Positions 1 to 12,890 of a DNA stretch of 64,000 bases are shown here, piece after piece. The DNA comes from Octopus sinensis (taxonomy: Eukaryota). Position numbers and translations under genes: made by a program. The DNA lies in contig NC_043005.1 in the NCBI RefSeq assembly GCF_006345805.1, forward strand, positions 16,306,001 to 16,370,000, written 5' to 3'. Under the pieces are notes generated by a model. It was not told where the DNA came from. It saw nothing but the letters and a program-made list of their open reading frames with translations, and did no database searches. Each line of letters starts with the position of its first letter. Positions within the stretch are counted from its first letter, which is position 1.

Positions 1-143
1 CAGATATTGTAAAGCAGACATTATGCGATTTTCTCGTCTTTAGATCTGCAAATGTTTTAAAGGCATTTACTTCTGTTGCCATCATTTTCATAATATCATT
101 TACAGTCGATGGAATTGCTAAAAAATTTAATCTGTCGTTATAT
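1..143 (-). CDS. Candidate coding exon of an unknown gene, running off the window edge
   Basis: Minus-strand acceptor-like ttttgatcttctag at 144-145, then an open frame YNDRLNFLAIPSTVNDIMKMMATEVNAFKTFADLKTRKSHNVCFTIS to position 1, with an in-frame stop just upstream of the acceptor. No family recognised; internal GTAAAT donors are possible. Confidence 0.25.
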
Positions 144-872
144 CTAGAAGATCAAAATACATGGTGTGATCCCTCCTAGCACGTGGAACCCCGGGAGGCT
201 GTCCATGTTGCCGGTACTTTTAGCAATTTTAATTCCCTTTTCTTTTAACTTCACTTTTCATACAGATATATGAGTAGTTTTCACTTTTACAAGCATGGAC
301 CAAGATTTCTCTTATAATTATATTTAACACAATAAATGTTCGTAATACGATAATAGCCTTCATTTTATGAACCTATGTATGTACATGTATATGCATATTT
401 ATGTTTATAGCTGAACGGGTTCAAAGCATGTAACAGGCTGTCAAGATGAAGGCTTTAGTAAAGGTTCTAAACTAACAGCCATATATCATCGTTGCTTGAT
501 CTTTGTTCAAAAACCTGCGAATTATGCGCTCTGTTTGCTTAAAAGCCGCACTACGTTATGTCTGTGTGCATTCAAAAATATATACATAACATATAACATC
601 GCATTTAAACACATATACATAGCATATAAATACATGAACGTTTCTTCGTTTTCCAAATTAATTAGAACATTTATATAGTTACATATTTTCTTAATGAATT
701 TCATTCATAACTGTGAATGTATAGACATCCATGATCGATGGCTAAATGCAAAGCAATTTTTGGTGAACTCTAATTATAATTATAAGTATAGAATTTTTGT
801 ATAAGGTTACCGATAATGGTTCTTTTAGCATCCCGGACGACTTGGTAAAATTATTAATTATTAATTAATTAA

Positions 873-917
873 TTAATTATTCATGTGTGTGTGTATGTAT
901 GTGTATACAGATACATA

Positions 918-1015
<98 letters not shown>

Positions 1016-1051
1016 GTATGAGACACACACACAGACAGACAGAACGGATTG

Positions 1052-1102
<51 letters not shown>

Positions 1103-1107
1103 GTATG

Positions 1108-1140
<33 letters not shown>

Positions 1141-1191
1141 ATATATAAATATATTATATACAATCCGTTCTGTCTGTCTGTGTGTGTGTCT
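873..1191. repeat. (TA)n tract containing a ~41-bp inverted repeat pair
   Basis: agacacacacacagacagacagaacggattgtatataata (1021-1061) is the reverse complement of 1151-1191, with a (TA/TATG)n spacer. Confidence 0.85.
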
Positions 1192-1495
1192 TATGGGATC
1201 TCGGGCATCCTCCATCCGATTGCGCTCATATTTGATATGTAGATACCGACGGTATCAGGGCGAGTATAAGTCTTGAAAAAAATTACAAAAATCGATTCCA
1301 GGTGAGAATGATTTCGCACCCACTCCAGCGCCTATGTATATGTATATACTTTTCTTTTGTCTATAACAGTAAATTAATAATCGTTTCCACCAACTTCTTC
1401 ACGTTGATAAGAGTAACTAATTCAAGTTCGATATCTCTTGGCATTTCCCCGCTGACCTAAATAGACTGTTTTTCTAATTCCAGTAATATAAGATT

Positions 1496-1820
1496 GTGAG
1501 GGCGCGTGGCTTAGTGGTTAGGGCATTCGGCTCATGATCGTAAGGTTGTGAGTTCGATTCCCGGCGACGCGTTGTGTCCTTGAGCAAGACACTTTATTTC
1601 ACGTTGCTCCAGTCCGCTCAGCTGGCAAAAATGAGTTGTACTTGTATTTTCAAAGGGTCAGCCTTGTCACTCTCTGTGTCACGCTGATTATCCCCGAGAA
1701 CTACGTTAAGGGTACACGTGTATGTGGAATGCTCAGCCATTTGCACGTTAATTTCACGAGCAAGCTGTTCCGTTGATCGTATCAGCTGGGACCCTCGTCG
1801 TCGTAACCGGCGGAGTCTTT
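1496..1820 (+). mobile_element. tRNA-derived SINE, family A1
   Basis: Pol III A box (TGGCTTAGTGG) and B box (AGTTCGATTCC) head. The body is shared with copies at 19901-20883 and 48989-49275. Ends GGAGTCTTT; aatataag occurs on both flanks. Confidence 0.9.
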
Positions 1821-2494
1821 AAATATAAGCTTGTAACATTTGCAAAGTAATGCTTTCCGTTAAAAGTTTATTCATCTTGAATTTCAGAACTTTGAATTAT
1901 TCCACCAAGGGTTTATTCTATCACTTTCCTTGCTCTTTTAAATTGTTAGGGTATGTAATTTCAAATATTTTTTTCTATTATTATAATGTAACTAAAGCGT
2001 TTCCGAGTATATATTTAATTGCTTCTTTAAAATACGCTATTTACCCCCATATTTTCCCGCCACAGTACATAAAATTCACTTTTCTTTATGTCTGACATCC
2101 CATTAACACACACATACATATGTATACAATATGTGTATGTGAAAGATAGAGAGAGAGAGGAGAAAGAGACAGAGAGAGAAAGAGAATTTCTATGTATATC
2201 CTTTCCTTTTGTCTTATTTTTTTTTTGTAGCTAGCGCCTACACCTCGCTGCCACCACAGTGCTGAATCTCTTTGTTTTATTATCCTACCTCTTGTCCAGC
2301 TCCCTATTGAACGCTTTGAATTTCTTGTTAATATTTTTCCCTTCTGTCTGGCTTTCTCTATCTCTGTTTCTCTTTTTTATTTTCTCAAACTATTCAGTTC
2401 ATTCTCTCTTTCTTTCTTTCTTTCATTTCACTCTTCTCCCTCTCTCTCTCCTTCTTTGTCACATCATTTCTCTCTTCCTCTAGAAACAGTAACA

Positions 2495-2800
2495 AAATGA
2501 TAGTTTTAGCAAAAGGTTTGACAAATACAGCGGTGCTGCTTTTAAAATAGGAAGGAGATCCTAATAAGTAAAGATGGCTATCTCTTCTACAGAAAAACGC
2601 CAGAGGATGGAGGCTTTCAAATCTTGGTTGGACAGTACGAAATCGACAACATATGATAATTTCTACTGCCCACCCCTGACTGAGATATTTGATAATCACA
2701 TCAATAAAGTCTACAAAATATGTGTACAAATATATCACTAAAGGATCTGGCACTGCAATGTTTGGTCTGAGCGCGTAAAACAACTGCAAGGAAGTTATGT
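2495..2800 (+). mobile_element. Degenerate Helitron Rep (HUH endonuclease) coding relic
   Basis: Across frameshifts: SKDGYLFYRKTPEDGG..IDN..YCPPLTEIFDNHIN..KSTKYVYKYITKGSGTAMFGL. This matches the Helitron Rep pattern GYPLYRRRSPEDGG..DNRWIVPY.PLL..IF.AHINVE..SIKY..KYV.KG.D.A.FG. Confidence 0.75.
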
Positions 2801-3985
2801 AATTCTAGTAAAATCAAGCAAAAGAAATGCATCTGCCATTATGGGTGATTTCTAGTGTCTTTGCGTCTTTCTTATTCATGGAAATACCCCGAGATTCGGC
2901 AATTTGTTGTTCACTTGTAAATTATTCAATGAGTTTATTTTACTACTTCACTGCAGCGACTGTTGTGTAGTAAACACAAGGTCCAACGGGCGACGCTATC
3001 AGTATGATCCATTTGTAAATGCATTGCTGTACCACTTAGTTCTGCCCTGCTATATACATAGAACGTGTGCGTGTACTCATAGCGATGAATTGGCAGTCAT
3101 TAGAGCCTTCGATAGAATAGCTTCTAGAATTTGTTCAAACTCTCTGTTCTGAGTTCAAATTCCACCGAGATAGACTTAGATTTTCATCCTTCCGGAGTCG
3201 ACAAAATAAATTACCAGTCGAGAGTAGTCGATTAACGAAACCCTTAGGGATGGAATAGGATGGGATGGGATGGGATGGGATGGGATGCAATGTTGTGTCT
3301 ATTCCAGCTCTCTGTCAACTCTGACGTCAACGTCTGCGACCATACTGGTCTTCAGCTACAATGGCTTTCTTTTGGACATGGGGAGAGGGAACTGGAATGC
3401 GTGGAAACTGCTAGCCTTCCACATTAACTTTGCCCATGCCTTGCAACAAGCTTCAAAATTTCACAGATAAGATTCATCTTAACTGAGATTATTACGATTA
3501 GTAATTTTATTTCTTATGTCTGAAATATGAAAGGAAGAAGCTAACTTCAACGGGATTTGTACTCCGAACATAAGACAGAATCTAAATGCTGAACTGCATA
3601 TTCAAACTAGATATTTATTGCGTCAACTTGACTAGCCTCAGAAGTGCTATACTGATTAATGGTATAGTTTATATCTTCTGAATAAAACCACTAAAATAAA
3701 TAGATATCAGTTGATACTCTGGTGCTTCATCTGCTCTGCCACTATTATATTACTGAATGTTTACTTTTCGACTGGGAAGACTGGACATAAAGTTCTTATA
3801 TACTGGAGGAAGAGAAAATGGGAGATTGGGAATTTCATGCACTTCTCAATGTCATCAAAGGGTGGGAAGTTACTTCAGTTTGGGATTGAAATTACTTCAG
3901 TCTTTTGTTTTTTAATAGCATGATCTTGGAACAGTTGCCATGCTTTTTCTATGAAGGTCGTTTAAAGAGAACGGATCTTATTAAA

Positions 3986-4039
3986 GGAGTCGAACCAACC
4001 ATCAGTCGCTTGTCAGGTGACTGTGCTACCAATTACACC
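3986..4039 (-). pseudogene. tRNA-like relic (D arm, anticodon arm with GAC, T loop); pseudo-tRNA or SINE head
   Basis: Minus strand reads GGTGTAATTGGTAGCAC-A-GTCAC-CTGACAA-GCGAC-TGATG-GTTGGTTCGACTCC, with A- and B-box-like motifs. The acceptor stem is not intact. Confidence 0.45.
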
Positions 4040-5352
4040 AAATAAGTCTTGAATATGAGTTCACCTTTTAGTCTATAGTGTTCACAACTCTCATACCTAA
4101 CCTTGATCTTTCCCAAGTTACAAGGAAGAATAAAGTTGTTTGAAAATGACTTCTAGTATATTACTGGTATTATACAATCGATTCCGGTGAGATGAAAAGA
4201 AAAGCCAATTCCAGATGGGATTTGGACTCAGAATGTGAAAAAGAGACATCGCTAAATACTACCAAATATTTAGGTCAGCACTCTGCCACTCATGGCTAAG
4301 TCGTTTGCAACGGTTATTGTTATCATTGTCGGTCTGTGCAGTCTATAAACATGAGAGCGACAGCAATTTAAAGAGAAAACCAATACGTTGACCTCTCACC
4401 TAAACTTCATACAGATTATAATCTATACTGAGAAAAAATGTATGCATATGTCTGGTGCATAGGAAGGCTGGGAAAACAAACAAGACATTGTGATAAAGAT
4501 GATGTTTAGGATGTAGAAATGCTCTTCCCGGGTGAGTGCAGCAAACGAACGAGAAATTACAGAGAGTAAAATAAATTGTGAGTTATCTAAGTATAATTTT
4601 TGTGCTGAATAATGTTTATGGATAAAACATTGGATAGAGGGAGTGGATTATGTAATATATCAGAAGCACAAACTTCCACCTAAAATCCTTGACAAAGCAA
4701 TATGATAAATTAGCTGTTGTGGTTGTTTAACCTCCGGTCAGCTCTGTTCAAGCAAATTTATGATGATCAAAGTTTTCCTTGTTGTATACACTCCGTCATT
4801 TTTATATATCAAGGACTACACGGTTAAATATATCTTTCATAGCGTGTAATTTCGGAGATATTTGGCTGCTCTTTCAGGCTTGTTAGTTCATCAGTACAGT
4901 AGAAAAACACCGAAGCAATATGATAACATTGAAAAGCATAATCAGATTTTATCAAATCTAACAGAGTAGGACTTGTTTGTATTGCAAAGTTTGTCAATTA
5001 TTAATGAGCGTAAGGTAAAAATATTCCAATGGATAAGATATTGCACGGTCTACCCATGGTCTGTAAATTCAATTCACAGTTGGGGCTTGTTTAATTCCTA
5101 GGTCAGCCCTACTGATTCTGCTTCATCAGCCACAAAAACTAATCCAATCGTTCACAGACCAGTGAACTGACGCAAACACATGTATCCCACGATATGATGA
5201 TGTCACAGCCCAAAACATAACTTTCCTCTACACAAGTCTAAGTGGAGAATTTTCTCCCAGGACAATTCCAGCAGCGATAGATTCTATAAATAAAGAACTC
5301 TGCATGTATTTGCTTATAGATGTACATGTGCATGTACACTTGTGTGATTGTA

Positions 5353-6627
5353 TCAGGTTATCCCATAAATTCTGTCCGATTATACCTTTTTTAAAATTGA
5401 ATGGAATTTAATAGTATTTTAGAATGTCTGATGGAATTTAAAATTATTTTAATGAATTTGTGTACATTTAAACGAATTAAATATTATTTTACAGAATAAT
5501 AGAATTAAAATTTCTTTGATTAAAACCCTTTCTAACATGGAAGTATCCAAAGAGCATTTAAGGCACAAAATGCTTTATGAGTACAAAAAAGGAAACTCTG
5601 CAGTCGAAAATACTCGAAACATACACTCAGTTTATGGGAAAGAATGCTTGTATGAAAGAACTTGCAGATGACTAGCAAAATTCAGAAGTGGAGATTTCAG
5701 CCATGAAGATGAAGATCGAACAGGACGTCCAGTTGAGTTTGATGATAAACTCCTTAAAGGATTACTTGAAGAAAATCCAGCATTATGAGTTTGAAGAATT
5801 GGCAATAAAGCTTAGTTCTAATTATACAACTGTTCATCGTCATCTTCAACAACTTGGAAAGGTTCCTAAACTTGGAAAATGGGTGCCTCGTGAATTGTCC
5901 GAGCGCAACCACAAATCCCGAGTTGACATCTGCTCTTCTCTCCATTCTCACGAACTCATTTCACCCTTTTTGGATAGACTTGTGACGAAAAATGGATCTT
6001 CTATCGAAATCTTAAACGTCGTAAACAGTGGCTTGGTAAAAGGGAAAAGCTCAACCACAAACGAAAAGGGAACTTCATGGAAAAAAGGTTCTTCTCTCTA
6101 TCTGGTGGGATTGTAAAGGAGTAATTCACTTTGAATTTTTACCACCTAATGCAACAATCAATGCTCAAGTCTACTGTCAGCAATTAGAGCATTTGAACCA
6201 AGCTTTGAAGAAAAAAAAGACCCGCTTTAGTGAATCGAAAACAAGTGATGTTTCATCAGGACAATGCGCGACCCCACACTGCAAAGATCACATCACTGAA
6301 GATCGAAGAGCTTGGTTGGGAAAAATTCCTCATCCACCTTATTTTCCCGACCTTGCTCCTTCAGACTACCCCTTGTTTCGTAGTTTACAGAATCATTTGG
6401 GGGACATAACTTTCGCAAGCTAGGAGGAGGCCGAAACTGATATTTCAGTTATTCGCTTTGAAACCAAAAGAGTTTTGCATTGTTTGGATAAAAAGCTTGT
6501 AAATAGATGGAAGGAAGTCAGAGATAATCAGGGAAAGTACATTGATGATCAAATATCAATTAACTATAACATTTTATCACTTGTTTTCTTTATTCAAAAT
6601 TCGGACAAAACTTATGGAATGACCTGA
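5353..6627 (+). mobile_element. Full-length but decayed mariner transposon (~1.27 kb)
   Basis: TIRs tcaggttatcccataaattctgtccga / tcggacaaaacttatggaatgacctga flanked by TA. The transposase starts near 5537 (MEVSKEHLRH) and has the motifs KLGKWVPREL and HPPYFPDLAPSDY, with several frameshifts. Confidence 0.92.
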
Positions 6628-7022
6628 TATGTACCTATATTGTTCGTATCATTTCGTTCATTTTGAAAAATGAAATGAAATCAGTTGAGGGAGAACTGAC
6701 TGCAGTTTCCACCAGATCGAAAGACCACATACAAATTTCCTTGCTGGTTCACGCGGAGACTATATTATTTTTTCCATATAGGCTTAATAGACATACTGGT
6801 GAGAACAGGGGTCATGATGTCAATACAATCCTCCTCATTCCCCACCGCGTACCATATCACGATTTCTAATTCTAATTCGATGAAAGTTGTTAGTTTTGAA
6901 TGATTCACTTTTTTTCCTTTTTTTGAGTGTGGAGGAAGGAGTAGAGTATAATGCTTTCTTAATCTTCATCCTTCAGCGAGATCTACATGGTTTATGTTCC
7001 TTTTAAATAGCTGTATACTGAC

Positions 7023-7070
7023 AATTACAGGAAAAACAAGGCCGCAGAGAGAAATCCAGAAAACCGCCAT
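7023..7070 (-). CDS. Candidate first coding exon with a signal-peptide-like sequence (MAVFWISLCGLVFPVI)
   Basis: AAAATGGCGG start context at 7068-7070 in unique sequence, followed by a hydrophobic run and donor-like GTAATT (after 7029) or GTCAGT (after 7023). No downstream exon could be joined with confidence. Confidence 0.2.
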
Positions 7071-8073
7071 TTTGGAGAAAAATGACAAGGTGTTGGTGTC
7101 AGTGTTGAGTCCGTGGGAGAGGGAAAATAAAATATGTGTGAAAAGGGAAGGCCGAATGAAACGGTGTGTCACAGTGGAGACGGCACGAGATCAACCAGGT
7201 CCGAGGTACATGCGGCATTGTAATGGCTGTAGACTACAAATGAGCTATCATATCTATGAAGCAAGCTGTACCCCAACAAACAGACGATAAGTGCAGCTTG
7301 TAAGGTTGCCTGGAAATGTCACGTAGAATGCCAGTAGTAAAGAAAAGAAAGAAAATAGAAAGCTGCAACGATTAAAATAAATCTGAATAAATTCGAGATA
7401 AACTTACTTTTATCCTAAACATATTAAAGCATTGGCAACATGTGTTTCCTATAACGTAACATGTCGTTTTGTAAGAAGACCGTCCCTTGCGGCAGAGGGA
7501 CGAACAGACAAGAAATAAGAATGGCGAGGCGATAATGCAGTCTGGAAAGCTATAAGAAAAGAGGGTAGAGAAGAATAAAATAAACAAGCTCCAACGCATG
7601 TGTGCATATGTGCGCGCGCACCCGTGTATGTACGTGTGTGCGCTTGTGTGCTTGTCTGTATATACATGTATGTCGACTTGAGAGCATGGAAAGAGACTAA
7701 CCCAAATGATAGGCAATGGAATAAAAATTCGGAATCTTAATACTGCGAAGGGAACTTCTTAAGTACACGGCTGCCTTCTAAGGTTTCATTCTCCTGAAGC
7801 ATATTGAATAGACAATGTAAAAGCCCCTACGATAGACCACACCTGTGCTTCAAAGGGCAAGCGTTGCCGCAATCTGTGTCATGCTGTTTCTGCCGCTTAG
7901 AGTTCAGTTGGTCAAATAACTGGAATGCTCGTCGTCGAAACCAACGCAGATACATTTACTGTATTTACTTTACATACCATTATATATATGTGCATAAAAA
8001 TACACACACACACATATATACATATATACACATACACACACACAAGATGTGTGTGTTTGTTTGTGTGTGTGTA

Positions 8074-8515
8074 TAGGCGCAGGAGTAGCTGTGTGGTAAG
8101 TAGCTATAGGCGCAGGAGCGGCTGTGTGGTAAGTAGCTTGCTTACCAACCACATGGTTGCGGGTTCATTCCCACTGCGTGGCAACTTGGGCAAGTGTCTT
8201 CTACTATAGCGTCGGGTCGACCAAAGTCTTGTGAGTGGATTTGGTAGACGGAAACTGAAAGAAGCCCGTCGTATATATATATATGTATATATGTATGTAT
8301 GCGCGTGAATATGTTTGTGTGTCTGTGTTTGTCACCCCAACTTCGCTTGACAACCGATGCTGGTGTGTTTACGTCTCCGTAACGTAGCAGTTCGGCAAAA
8401 GAGACCGATAGAATAAGTACTAGGCTTGCAAAGAATAAGTCCTAGGGTCGATTTGCTCGACTAAAGGCGGTGCTCCAGCATGTCCGCAGTCAAATGACTG
8501 AAACAAGTAAAAGAG
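8074..8515 (+). mobile_element. SINE family B (tRNA-like head, internal microsatellite, GTAAAAGA-type tail) with a duplicated head
   Basis: taggcgcaggagt.gctgtgtggtaagtagct occurs at 8074 and again at 8107. Body and tail match 28867-29299. Confidence 0.9.
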
Positions 8516-9020
<505 letters not shown>

Positions 9021-9544
9021 TATTTTAAATAAACATTAACTTTAATCAAGATTTATTTCTTCGCCATCTTGGTTTACACGAATTTTAAAAGAAAAGGAAA
9101 ACAAAACACATGCAAAAAAAACTCTTTTAATGCTCACATGACGGCTCTTAAAACACAGACTGGATTTTATTTAGTACGACTCGTTATGACATTTATTTTA
9201 CTTTACTCTATTTGTTCATTTATTTATTTGATAAGTTGAATAATAAAACCTCGAAAATGTTTGAACCACTTTTAAACACATAAAAATGTACGCTGGTTTG
9301 AAACATTTGACCGTATCAATAAAAGTAGAACTGGGCGTGGATTGGATTGCCAGAAACGATAGTGCGTCAGTCAAAATGACTGCGGTGTTTTTTTATTTAT
9401 GAACTCTTACGATCTGAGTTCAAGCCTCATCGCGGTCAATTTCTTTTTTTTTTTTTTTTTGGCTTTCATCATTTGGGGTGCGGTAAAATAAGGTAGCAGT
9501 CGAGTAGTGGTGACGGTGTTCTTGTGTCAATATTAGAAATAGTT

Positions 9545-9841
9545 AAGGCGGCGAGCTGGCAGAATCGTTAGCACGCCGGGCGAAATGCTTAGCGGTATTT
9601 CGTCTGCCGCTACGTTCTGAGTTCAAATTCCGTCGAGGTCGACTTTGGCTTTCATCCTTTCGGGGTCGATTAAATAAGTACCAGTTACGCACTGGGGTCG
9701 ATGTAATCGACTTAATCCGTTTGTCTGTCCTTGGTTGTCCTCTCTGTGTTTAGCCCCTTGTGGGTAATAAAGAAACAGTTATTTCGTCTGCCGAGGTCGA
9801 CGTTGCCTTTTATCCTTTTGAAGTTGATAAAATAAGTACAA
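9545..9841 (+). mobile_element. SINE family D with a partial internal repeat at its 3' end
   Basis: Head aaggcggcgagctggcagaatcgttagc and B-box-like gagttcaaattcc; matches 43852-44087 and 46491-46727. Confidence 0.88.
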
Positions 9842-10176
9842 GGTGACTTACCCCGTGCCAAAATTTGAAATAAATATTAGAAATTAAATACAGGACTATG
9901 TTCGAGTTTAATCTTTTTAATTTTATATTTTTCATATTTTCTTAGATTTTTTCTCTTTTTTTTACAGTTGGTTTGGATGGGTAAAGTTCATAAATCAGTA
10001 TCCAATGTTTCTAGATCTTCCTTCACAGTCTCATTATCAAAAATTGAATCGAATATATCTTGCATTTGTGTTGCTTCTTGCATGCATGAAAAATATAAGA
10101 TTAAAAAAAGATAAACTTGACATAGCCATGTATTTAATGAAATAAGAATAAATGCAATTTTGTTCCTCATTTATAC

Positions 10177-10244
<68 letters not shown>

Positions 10245-10639
10245 CATACATACAGACATACATACATACATACATACATACATACCAATATATATATGTA
10301 TATTTGTGTGTGTACATATACATACTCACGTGTACATAGACCACACATGTATGGATGTATGCAGTTATGTGTATACATATGCACATTTACCAGTATGATA
10401 CACACAAAAAGATGCAGTTTTACACAAGCATTCAGAGACCCACGCATACAGATACTTACGTTAACAAATTCATATTCACACACATACGCAATTCATCCTA
10501 AATTCTATTGGTTGATATATGCGTATAAGTAAATAAACGTACGTAATAATATAAGAATTTATGTTTATAGTAACATATGAATATATATGAGAGGTACTGG
10601 TATCCAGAAGACCCCAGGTGGCAGGTAACGCTGTTTAAG

Positions 10640-10790
10640 TGCTCCTTATTTGCTTCCTTTTCCAAAATAACTTCTCCTATTGAACTCCAACATTTCCCTC
10701 TATTTTACCATGTCACATCATCTCTGATGAAGGGATATCTCTAATGTCCAAGAAACAGCTGTAACACAAACTTTCTCTTTATAAATGTCC
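10640..10790 (+). mobile_element. Penelope-like terminal fragment with a hammerhead-like motif
   Basis: CTGATGA (10724) - stem GGATAT/ATGTCC - GAAA-C-AGCT-G-TA, followed by a pyrimidine-rich tail. Confidence 0.5.
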
Positions 10791-10869
10791 TGAAAATTCC
10801 ATACAGCCTTGGCTTTGTTGTCTCATTTTATTTAGCACACGCGCGCGCGCATATATATATATATAGGGA

Positions 10870-10996
10870 AACGTAAAGTATACTAGCCATCTCAATATGG
10901 CTAACCACTAAGGATGGGTGTTACAGTAGCTTGTAGCCCCAGTAACACCCACCCTTAGTGGTTAGCCATATTGGGATGGCTAGTATACTTTACGTT
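10870..10996. repeat. 127-bp hairpin (MITE-like) with ~55-bp arms and a 17-nt spacer
   Basis: aacgtaaagtatactagccatctcaatatggctaaccactaaggatgggtgttac pairs with 10942-10996 with two mismatches. Confidence 0.85.
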
Positions 10997-11046
10997 GGCG
11001 TGCAGTTACTGTTTACATCTCGTTCAGAGATTTATTATTGCTATAT

Positions 11047-11220
11047 AGGGAAAGTTTACGAAAAAAACAAGAGACGAAGACAGGTGGTGTACAAAACAAA
11101 CAGATGTATTAGTATAACGCTCAGGAATAGAAAAGGTCTTTTACGTTTCGAGCCTACGCTCTTCTACAGAAAGGTACACAGAAAAAACAAGGAGAGAAAA
11201 AAATGTGTGTAGTGGCTAAT
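11047..11220 (-). mobile_element. Penelope-like terminal fragment (same family as 27148-27410 and 42768-42917)
   Basis: The three copies align. Each carries GAGCgtagGCTC-(G/A)AAACGT on the minus strand and ends at an agggA junction beside TA-rich sequence. Confidence 0.6.
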
Positions 11221-11838
11221 GTGTGAGTTTATAGGTTAACTTCTCAGCTTAGGCTTGAAAATATATGATGTATGTGCCGATGTGGTATAAAAAAATTATG
11301 ATTGCAGTGCTTTTGTTGCTGTGTTTTGTGGTAAGAAACGGGAGATCATGCGAATGATTTGTAACTAATACGATCATCATTGCAGCATCCTTTTGGCCTG
11401 GATCTCAACAACAACAAAATCAACTACAAGAACAATAAGAATAAAGAAAATAACGAAAATTAAAACAATGACCGAATCACCACACCAAGACAAACTACAA
11501 TATTGTACATCCATGTAATGATTCTTTCATCATCACCTCAGCAAGAAATGTCTATGCTTCACTGAACAAGTCTCATAAATAACTGTAAATCGTTCGATTT
11601 GGTGTGTGTGGGGGGGGGCGTGCGTGCGTCTGTGTGTTGGTATGACGTAATTATGGATGTTGGAGATTTTAAGGCGTATGATGTGTAAATTAATCTGAAA
11701 TACCCTTCAAAATCCGTGAAGCGATTTCAGCGAATCTGTAATCGTGGGAGCTGGGAGTAATTGGACAGCCTCTACATCAGGGGTTCTCAACCATTTTTTA
11801 TCTATGGACTCCCTTTGATTGCTATTTTATTCTGGTGG

Positions 11839-12223
11839 GGAGGCGCAATGGCCCAGTGGTTAGGGCAGCGGACTCGCGGTCATAGGATCGCGGTTTCGAT
11901 TCCCAGACCGGGCGTTGTGAGTGTTTACTGAGCGAAAATACCTACAGCTCCACGAGTCTCCGGCAGGGGATGGTGGTAATCCCTGCTGTACTCTTTCACC
12001 ACAACTTTCTCTCACTCTTACTTCCTGTTTGTGTTGTACCTGTATTTCAAAGGGCCGGCCTTGTCACTCTCTGTGTCACGCTGAATAACCCCGAGAACTA
12101 CGTTAAGGGTACACGTGTCTGTGGAGTGCTCAGCCACTTACACGTTAATTTCACGAACAGGCTGTTCCGTTGATTCGGATCAACCGGAACCCTTGTCGTC
12201 GTAACCGACGGAGTGCTTCCAAA
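11839..12223 (+). mobile_element. tRNA-derived SINE, family A2, with a 10-bp TSD
   Basis: Head ggaggcgcaatggcccagtggttagggc..ggtttcgattccc; TSD attctggtgg at 11829-11838 and 12224-12233. It interrupts a sequence starting CAGGGGTTCTCAACC (hAT-MITE-like end, near 11776). Confidence 0.92.
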
Positions 12224-12890
12224 ATTCTGGTGGACCCCCGTATCCATTTGATGTATTTGTAGAATGTCATTTATTAATGTTTTCACACATTAATTTGTGT
12301 AGGTTGAATTACATAAAACGTCAGAGAAAGAAATCTATTTCTTGCAATACATACCAATACATACGTCTAAAGCAAATTTTTGTCAGCGGCCCTTAAAATA
12401 TTATTGTGGATTCCCAAATTATTATTTTGCTGTATGGACCCCAAAAATCCGGGAATACAGAACAGCAGCAGCAGCGGCAGCAGCAGCAGCATAACAGCAA
12501 CATTTAAAGCAACAACAGTAACAAGTTTCGCTTCTGTGACACAAATAAAATGTCTGTTCGCGCTGCTGACATTCTTCTGTAGAGTCTAGACTTGCGATTG
12601 TTGAAGAACAAGGTTACCAGCCAAACACTCCAGTCGAATTACAATCATTCTACGTTCTAACAACACATCCTTCAACGCCATCATCATTGAAATATGTTCA
12701 CATTCCACTTTTACCGTCACCTTCCACCGACCCAGTGTCTGCGACACTAAAATATCTGCCCAATGAGATAAACAATACAAGTACTTAGATCCTTATACAG
12801 ATTCCACACACACACAACACACGCACACTTTCACACATACACACACACCACACACACACATACACACACATGCACACACACACACACATT

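Noticed and set aside
150-235. Minus-strand MDSLPGFHVLGGITPC resembling the GFHAFTGCD motif of XPG-like domains in some transposons; the same bases also form a small stem-loop
   Set aside because: The key TGCD residues are absent and the match is too short to support either reading.
1496-1570. tRNA-like heads of the SINEs as real tRNA genes
   Set aside because: Each continues into a shared SINE body, often with a TSD, and the acceptor stems do not close.
2394-2789. 131-aa minus-strand ORF
   Set aside because: It is the antisense of the Helitron Rep relic plus a CT-rich tract.
4255-4345. Minus-strand exon candidate TAQTDNDNNNRCKRLSHEW after a strong acceptor
   Set aside because: Its 3' half overlaps degenerate SINE-like sequence, and joining it to the 1-143 exon creates a TGA.
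9988-10090. Acidic peptide QEATQMQDIFDSIFDNETVKEDLETLDTDL*
   Set aside because: Short, with a weak acceptor and no recognisable family.
11298-11460. MIAVLLLLCFV plus a GTAAGA donor (signal-peptide-like exon)
   Set aside because: The only nearby acceptor gives a ~56-nt intron and a low-complexity Asn/Lys peptide ending quickly; likely chance.
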